The position numbers and the translations under genes are program-made. Positions 57,861 through 64,000 of a stretch of DNA of 64,000 bases are shown piece after piece. The DNA comes from Bacteroidota bacterium (GTDB lineage Bacteria > Bacteroidota > Bacteroidia > UKL13-3). A model generated the notes under the pieces. That model did not search any database. It was not told the DNA's origin and was given only the letters and a program-made list of their open reading frames with translations. The stretch covers positions 21,061 to 85,060 of the forward strand of contig JAIYAT010000010.1 in NCBI GenBank assembly GCA_027488905.1, in the 5' to 3' direction. The number at the start of each line of letters is the position of its first letter. The stretch's first letter is position 1.

Positions 57861-60800
57861 ATGAAACAGTTTAAAGTGCTTTTGTTAAGTCTCCTTTTTG
57901 GTAAAATCCTTTTCGCTCAGACTTCAATTTCGGTTCAACCCGCCATAAAAATTAAAGGAAAGGTTGTTTCTGATATTTTAGTGCCAGGCCACGAGTTTGT
58001 TTATTTGTTTACCAATTACGAGTTACACAATAAAGATTCTGCCCTCATACAATTTGATAGCACTTTTGAATTTTCCATTGCCAATTCTTCTATGCCATTG
58101 GCATTTTCTGTGTCCTATAAAAATAGCGTTTCTTGTGCACTTTTGCCTAAAATAGGGGAGATAAACCTGCAAGTTGTCAAACAAGAATACCCTGTGAAAG
58201 ATGATAAGAGGAAAGTGGTTTCTCAAAATGATTATCAATTTTATCACCTAGAAAACTTGGTAAAACTTCCCATGACTTTGGTAGAAAACAAGAGTTTTGC
58301 CTTACTCGATTCGGTTGATTTTAATAAGGATTTGCAGCATTTGCTAGATTCGGCCACCAATGTTTTGCGCATTTACCAAGATTCTTTGCATCCTTTGGTT
58401 TATAAAGAATTTGAACGTTGGCTAAATCTAAATTCGCAAATTGCATATCTGGATTTTGCCTTATTAAAAAGGCTTCATCAAAAAGAGAAAACCTTTGATA
58501 GGGTGTCTATAGATTATACCAAAGCAGCTAGGCGATTATTGTTAGACAGCAATCAATTGAGCTTTGCCAAATGGGCACGAATCATGCTAAATGTGAGGGT
58601 TCAAGCCTTAGAAGCGATAGACTTTCAAACGTCTCGGTTCAACCCATTTGAATACCAATGCGAACAAATTAACATGGAAGTTTTGCGCAAGGCTTCTCCA
58701 CAATCAGATGGTTTAAACTGTGACTATGGCTTGGTGGGTGCGGTAAGTTTTTATTTAATCCAAGAACAATATCAATCGGGTTGGCTCATACCACCTAGGT
58801 TCGAAAAATTGAGTTATTTCTCTAATAAGTATGCCATTGTGGTTTATAATGGTAGGGTAGGCGTGATAGATGCTTGCCAGAATTTTACGGTTCAGCCCAA
58901 TTACAGTGTATTAAAAGAGTTTAAGGTTTATAAAAACGACTCTTTACCGCCTTTGTACATTTTTAGAGGCGCTAAAAACTATGGATTATTAGACCATACG
59001 GGCAGGCAGTTGTTAGAAGAAAACTATGATTATCTTTTTCAGTTAGATGCCGCTAGATTGGCATATCGACCTATCAACGGCAATAAATTTGGGATGATGG
59101 ATACCAATGGAAAAATAATAATGACACCAAAGTATGATATATTTTACTCTGGTAACATGATGCCAGGATATTTTAAAGTATCTAACCAACATCCGTTTCT
59201 AAAAGTGAAAAGGCGTTTGGATGGTGAGCGTTTTTTTAAACCTGCCGAGTTAATTGGCTTAATAGATTCGCTAGGCAATGAAATTGTAAAGCCAGGCTGG
59301 AATGATTTTAATTATATGTATATGTCATACGGCTTAGCAGATGGCATAAATTGGATTGGGAAGAAGTATCATGTATTGAGTAGAACCCTTAGCACTAAGA
59401 AGTTTGGATACATTAGTAGCAATGGCTTTTTTATACTTAAACCTATTTATAAAAATATTTTTTCTGCCACCAAGAGTGGTCAATACGTAGTTGCAAAAAA
59501 GGCTAAGAAGTACTATATTTATTTTCATCATCAGCCTAGCAAAGCACCTATAAAAGTAGATTATTTTTCGAAACAGTTTCACGGAAACGCAACTTTTAGA
59601 ATGGATAATAAGTTTTACTTAATAGATAGTGCAGGCAATTTTGAAAAATATGGCTCATTTGATTCGTTTCGATTATCGTTTGAAATAGAGGGTGACAAGA
59701 GTGTAGTACTTTTGGTACGCTCAGGGAAATGGGGTTTGTTTTCTATGCAAAAAATGGATTGGGTGTTGGCTCCACAATGGGAGAGAATGAGTGCCAATTG
59801 GAAAGGCTTTTATGCAGAAAAAGAGGGTAAGATGGGATTTATAGATGCCAGGAGTTTAAAGCAACCTGCTGCTTATTATGATACCGTTTTTCAGCGTTCA
59901 ATGGGTTATTATGAAGCGCGATTAGGCAATCAAAAAATTATTTTAGACAGCAATGGTAACAAGATTTTTGAAAGTGATGCCGATGAAGTGTATCATTTGA
60001 ATACAGGCTATTTTGGAGACAGTAATTTTGTAGTAAAACGAGGCAAGCAATTATTTACCACAAATGGCATACAAGAAACGCCTTTGGTTTCGGATAGGGT
60101 AAGTTTGTATTATTTATTCAGTACAAGAAACAATCTTGGTACTTTGGTAAGCAAAAAGGGCTATATCCTTGGGTCCACCGATAGTAAAGACATAGGTAAC
60201 CGAGATTATGATTATGATGATGAAGTCCAGCAAAATCCAGATTTAGGAAATGGAAATTGGCTTATTTATAGCAATGGTTTTGAGATGGTGATTGATGAAG
60301 AAGCTAATGTTAAAATTCCCAATAATTATAGATCTATTGTGCCCTATATTTCTGTGTTTGGCAACTATCAACAAGTGGCAGATTTTAATGTAAATTTAGA
60401 AGATTCACTCAAGGAGAGAAGGTATCTGGTAAGAAGTAAAACCTATTATCAAGGCTTATACGATGCCCAGTTTAATTTGGTTTTAGATACCCTTTATTGG
60501 GACATTAACTTTAGGAAAAGTTTGGTAATGGCTAGCCTTAAAAAGGGATTGTATATTAAAGACTCAAATTTTAGGGACATTACATTTATTAAAGATGGAA
60601 GGGCCTCTACAGACCTTCAAGGTGATAGAGTTACGGTCATATTTGACAATAGCAAAAGGGGAGTTTATCAACTATCCAAAGGTCTTATTTTAAAACCTAA
60701 TTATGAGGAAATTATTATGGAGCCAAATGGGATAATACTAGCTGCTAAAAATTCTAATAACTATGATCAACCTTTGGTTCAAATATTTGATGCTAAGGGC

Positions 60801-61589
60801 AAGCGATTGTCTAGAAAACGTTATACTTTCGAAAGTCAGGGTTTAGGAATTACTACCTTAACATTAGACGATAACTTTAGCTATTTGATTGCATCCAATG
60901 GCAAGCAGATTTTAATGAGCCAAAAATATAATACTGTCAGCGCTCGCGTGCCCCAGTTTACAAGCTATCTTAGTCAAACCGACACCTTAAATTATTACCG
61001 ATTAATAGATATAGGTAGTATCTTAAATACAGTTAAATTTACCAAAATAGATGAAAGCGATTTTTCTGTAAAAGTAGTTAACGATAATAGACTTTCAGAC
61101 GCAAACAAAGATGTTATCAACCAAATACTCTACGAAACCAGAAATCTCAAGAACATGGATATCACCGTATTTGATACCTCTATTTCTAAAATACAAGTGC
61201 AAGTTGAAGCCACAGACAACTGGGGTCAAAACACCTATCTGCGTCATAAAACTTATTATTTTAGTGCCGACAGTATATATCGAATTAATGCTTTCGATCT
61301 CATTTTGGAAAGCACTCAAATTACTTTTGCCACCAATTTTGTAAGCGAGATTACCAAGGATAAAAATGTGAAATGGAATGCTTGCGTAAAACCCGAAAGG
61401 TTGTTTTCACACTTGCGATTTGATGTAGATTTTAATGCACAAGGAATGCGCTTTTTAACCTATAGTTTTGAAGACATCAATGGAAGTCCTTCTAAAAAAG
61501 AAGTTTTTTACACTTGGCAAGAACTAGCGCCTTACCTCAATAAAGACTATGTTCTCACAAAAAGATTTCTCGGTTTGAACCAAAAGTGA
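57861..61589 (+). CDS. Large secreted WG-repeat protein (1242 aa)
   Basis: Signal peptide; many ~35-aa units of the type K(W/Y)G(L/F)(I/M)D..G..(V/I)I.P.YD. Confidence 0.55.
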   Translation: MKQFKVLLLSLLFGKILFAQTSISVQPAIKIKGKVVSDILVPGHEFVYLFTNYELHNKDSALIQFDSTFEFSIANSSMPLAFSVSYKNSVSCALLPKIGEINLQVVKQEYPVKDDKRKVVSQNDYQFYHLENLVKLPMTLVENKSFALLDSVDFNKDLQHLLDSATNVLRIYQDSLHPLVYKEFERWLNLNSQIAYLDFALLKRLHQKEKTFDRVSIDYTKAARRLLLDSNQLSFAKWARIMLNVRVQALEAIDFQTSRFNPFEYQCEQINMEVLRKASPQSDGLNCDYGLVGAVSFYLIQEQYQSGWLIPPRFEKLSYFSNKYAIVVYNGRVGVIDACQNFTVQPNYSVLKEFKVYKNDSLPPLYIFRGAKNYGLLDHTGRQLLEENYDYLFQLDAARLAYRPINGNKFGMMDTNGKIIMTPKYDIFYSGNMMPGYFKVSNQHPFLKVKRRLDGERFFKPAELIGLIDSLGNEIVKPGWNDFNYMYMSYGLADGINWIGKKYHVLSRTLSTKKFGYISSNGFFILKPIYKNIFSATKSGQYVVAKKAKKYYIYFHHQPSKAPIKVDYFSKQFHGNATFRMDNKFYLIDSAGNFEKYGSFDSFRLSFEIEGDKSVVLLVRSGKWGLFSMQKMDWVLAPQWERMSANWKGFYAEKEGKMGFIDARSLKQPAAYYDTVFQRSMGYYEARLGNQKIILDSNGNKIFESDADEVYHLNTGYFGDSNFVVKRGKQLFTTNGIQETPLVSDRVSLYYLFSTRNNLGTLVSKKGYILGSTDSKDIGNRDYDYDDEVQQNPDLGNGNWLIYSNGFEMVIDEEANVKIPNNYRSIVPYISVFGNYQQVADFNVNLEDSLKERRYLVRSKTYYQGLYDAQFNLVLDTLYWDINFRKSLVMASLKKGLYIKDSNFRDITFIKDGRASTDLQGDRVTVIFDNSKRGVYQLSKGLILKPNYEEIIMEPNGIILAAKNSNNYDQPLVQIFDAKGKRLSRKRYTFESQGLGITTLTLDDNFSYLIASNGKQILMSQKYNTVSARVPQFTSYLSQTDTLNYYRLIDIGSILNTVKFTKIDESDFSVKVVNDNRLSDANKDVINQILYETRNLKNMDITVFDTSISKIQVQVEATDNWGQNTYLRHKTYYFSADSIYRINAFDLILESTQITFATNFVSEITKDKNVKWNACVKPERLFSHLRFDVDFNAQGMRFLTYSFEDINGSPSKKEVFYTWQELAPYLNKDYVLTKRFLGLNQK

Positions 61590-61641
61590 TTGCTAAGTTT
61601 TGCTGAATCCTTAGATTTGAACTTATCCAACTTAATGGCCA

Positions 61642-64000
61642 ATGAAAACTTTTAAACTTATAGTTCTTATTTTCTTATGCTCTTTTCAATTATTTGCACA
61701 AGAATCAATCATCAAAGGCAAAATAGCAGCTTCTGGCATTATTGCTGGGAGAGGTAAGGTTATTTTATCTATTACACATAATGGTAATACCACTTATGAT
61801 TCTTGCTTATTTGGTCTCGACAGCAGCTATATTTTTAAAGCCAAATTAAAAGGATTTTCATTAATAGAAATGCGTTATGAGCCTGGTGCTCATTACCTCG
61901 ACAGTTATTTACTCCTTCCTGGTGAAAGCCTCAACCTTCATGAAAATACCACTGAGGCGGAAAGTGAATTTGCTGCAAAAGTCTTGTCTAGGGGCAACAA
62001 CCTATTTAATGCCCTAGAAGCTTTTGAAGAATTTGATAACGCCTATAATTATGGCTTATTAGACTCAATTGCTTTCAATGAAAAATTACTTGCTGCAAAA
62101 GAAATTGCTATTGAAGCCATAAAAAATGGGCAAGACACTTTGCCGCCCAACTTGTTGCAGCTTGCCTTAAATTCCATTGAATTAAAGTCGGCAGAAATCT
62201 ATTTGAACTATGCTTATTTAGGTCGGTTTCAACAAAAAACTAAAACTTTAAATGCCGTTTCACCCTGGTTTATTGAACCCATTAAGCAGGTCTCCAAATT
62301 AGATGCTTTCCCCAATACCGAATTCCATGAAATCAAAACGAAGATAAATGATAGGCTTGCCGAATTGGTTAAGGTAAACTTTGAAACAGAAAAGTTAAGT
62401 CCGGCTTACAAAATATTAAATCATTCTTTTGGGATGGAGGTTGCCTTGGTCATGCACCAAGTATTTCCAAAGTCGGATGGACCTAATTGCAACTATGGCT
62501 ATGCGGCTGCGGCACAAGGTATTTTCATTCATAATGATTTTTATGAGGAAGGAAGTTCTGCCCCAGAAGGATGGCTAATTTCTCCTCAATTCGAACGTGC
62601 ATTTGAATTTAAAAAAGATGGTTATGCCATTGTGTTAGATGGTATGCATTATAAACTCATCAATGTCTTGGGTCAAACCGTGCTACAAAACGGCTTTGAG
62701 GATTTAATTTACTATGATTCTGGAATCTACATTGCCAGAAAATATGATAAGTACGGACTGATTTATGCCGATGGTAAAGCAATCATAGACTATCAATACC
62801 AAGCTTTAAATCCACTTGGCAATGATTTGTTCGCGTTCAGGTTTACGGGCAGTCCGTTTATGGGCATGATAGACATCAAAGGAAATGAAATTGTTAAACC
62901 AAAATATGGCTATATCAAACCTTTCGATGGCAGAGAATATGCAATAACTGTTGTGTTTGATGATAAGAAATGGACACCCAATCGTATCAATGGCAATAAA
63001 TTGAAAATGCCAGGGGAGAAGTTTGGGGTCATCGATAGAAATGGCAAAGAAATAATGCAACCAGGTTGGTATAGCATTGTGCCGCAATCACATAGTCAAG
63101 TCCAAAACTTTCCTTTGGTTGTATACAAGCGCACGTATAACAGCTTGTTTCGCAAATTTAGGATTGCAAACGACTTTCAAATGTTGGCTCAAACCGGAAC
63201 CCTATATGCTTGGAACAAGCGTTACCCATCCCTAAATCTGCCTGGTAAACAGTATTACTTTGCTTCTAATTTAAGCGAATCTGTTTTGCGTAAAACAGAT
63301 GGTTCTGTACAAAGCAAACCTTTTCGCTTAGATTATAACGGACTCAGCTCAATTGGTGATGATTACTTTATTGTGAGAATCCAAGATAAGTATGACCTTT
63401 TGCTAAAAGATGCATCAGGTGCTTTGCAAATAGATACCTTTCAAAGTATTGAACAAATTGAAAACAACTATGATTATGAATACAATGAAAATAACGCTAA
63501 CAACTCTTTGTTTAGGCTAATAAAAGACAATTGTCAAGGAATCATTAATTCAAATGGTAAAGTTGTATTGCCAAGCATTTATGATGATATTGAAAGTTTT
63601 GACTCATTGCTAGTGGTGAGTTTTAAGGATAAGTTTGCTGTTTTTGATACAACAGGTAAGCAGCTAACACCATTTGCTTATGATAAAGTGTATATATATT
63701 CTGATGTGCTAGGATTACTAGCCTTTGAAAAAGAGGGAAGCACTCAAATTTGTGATAGAAGCTTTAAGGTAATTTTTGAAGCGCCAGCTAAGGACATTTG
63801 GCTGGATGGAGCTTCATCGCTTGAAATTTGCAATTGGAGCTATTTAAAAGATGGCTTGCTTTGGCAATACAATAGACAAGAACATGTATTGCCTTTCAAG
63901 GATACATTGCATTATAGGTATTTAACCATGGGAGGAAGCTTAAGCACCCATATCGTAAATAAAAACGGTAGGTGGTTAGGAACTAGGGAATTTGAAGAAA
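61642..64000 (+). CDS. Large secreted WG-repeat protein, paralogue of the upstream gene (runs off window end)
   Basis: ATG 61642 with signal peptide MKTFKLIVLIFLCSFQLFAQE; open to the window end; shares the ...SDG(P/L)NC(N/D)YG...GWLI(S/P)P(Q/R)FE... block with the upstream gene. Confidence 0.5.
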   Translation, partial: MKTFKLIVLIFLCSFQLFAQESIIKGKIAASGIIAGRGKVILSITHNGNTTYDSCLFGLDSSYIFKAKLKGFSLIEMRYEPGAHYLDSYLLLPGESLNLHENTTEAESEFAAKVLSRGNNLFNALEAFEEFDNAYNYGLLDSIAFNEKLLAAKEIAIEAIKNGQDTLPPNLLQLALNSIELKSAEIYLNYAYLGRFQQKTKTLNAVSPWFIEPIKQVSKLDAFPNTEFHEIKTKINDRLAELVKVNFETEKLSPAYKILNHSFGMEVALVMHQVFPKSDGPNCNYGYAAAAQGIFIHNDFYEEGSSAPEGWLISPQFERAFEFKKDGYAIVLDGMHYKLINVLGQTVLQNGFEDLIYYDSGIYIARKYDKYGLIYADGKAIIDYQYQALNPLGNDLFAFRFTGSPFMGMIDIKGNEIVKPKYGYIKPFDGREYAITVVFDDKKWTPNRINGNKLKMPGEKFGVIDRNGKEIMQPGWYSIVPQSHSQVQNFPLVVYKRTYNSLFRKFRIANDFQMLAQTGTLYAWNKRYPSLNLPGKQYYFASNLSESVLRKTDGSVQSKPFRLDYNGLSSIGDDYFIVRIQDKYDLLLKDASGALQIDTFQSIEQIENNYDYEYNENNANNSLFRLIKDNCQGIINSNGKVVLPSIYDDIESFDSLLVVSFKDKFAVFDTTGKQLTPFAYDKVYIYSDVLGLLAFEKEGSTQICDRSFKVIFEAPAKDIWLDGASSLEICNWSYLKDGLLWQYNRQEHVLPFKDTLHYRYLTMGGSLSTHIVNKNGRWLGTREFEE

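Noticed and set aside
1-64000. tRNA or rRNA genes
   Set aside because: I scanned for a conserved T-loop (GGTTCGAATCC-like) and anticodon-arm context and found none. The GGTTCAAACC words lack the tRNA cloverleaf context.

Overview
This 64 kb window looks like a Bacteroidetes chromosomal segment, probably Sphingobacteriia- or Cytophagia-like: T9SS C-terminal sorting domains, LytTR two-component system, S46 peptidase, WG-repeat proteins, low GC. The core genes are syntenic housekeeping and envelope functions, and no tRNA or rRNA genes were found.

Core genes, in order:
- a cytidylyltransferase / YggS / LicD / ABC-exporter cluster, with convergent dgkA
- a YdeP-type molybdo-oxidoreductase, fmt, an S46 dipeptidyl-peptidase, a GT2 polyprenol-phosphate glycosyltransferase, a gmhB-like phosphatase and an amino-acid permease
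- a long co-directional block of ECF sigma, anti-sigma, YHS, DoxX, YceI, DinB, NRDE and LysE genes
- rsfS, birA, coaX and lptC
- a LiaF-like protein with a LytS/LytTR pair, sucA, cpsB, rfbA, and two giant paralogous WG-repeat proteins

The main finding is at roughly 31.6–45.5 kb. About a dozen minus-strand ORFs or ORF groups are each followed by a 120–175 bp imperfect inverted repeat whose ends match integron attC core sites (RYYYAAC ... GTTRRRY). The repeats show paired GGCGG/CCGCC inner boxes and a conserved asymmetric internal loop of 10 versus 6 nt. I read this as an integron-type gene-cassette array. Its cargo includes a PIN toxin with antitoxin, a frameshifted GNAT, a sigma-factor module, regulator-containing multi-gene cassettes, and small secreted or membrane proteins of unknown function. 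No integrase gene is present in the window, so it may be a cluster of attC sites lacking an integrase (CALIN).

The array abuts a polypyrimidine low-complexity tract and a 22-bp tandem repeat of about 12 copies that looks iteron-like.

Separately, the palindrome-like 10-mer GGTTTGAACC (reverse complement GGTTCAAACC) occurs 15 times exactly in the window. That is far above a composition-based expectation. It appears in several reading frames and in intergenic DNA, and only once inside the cassette array.
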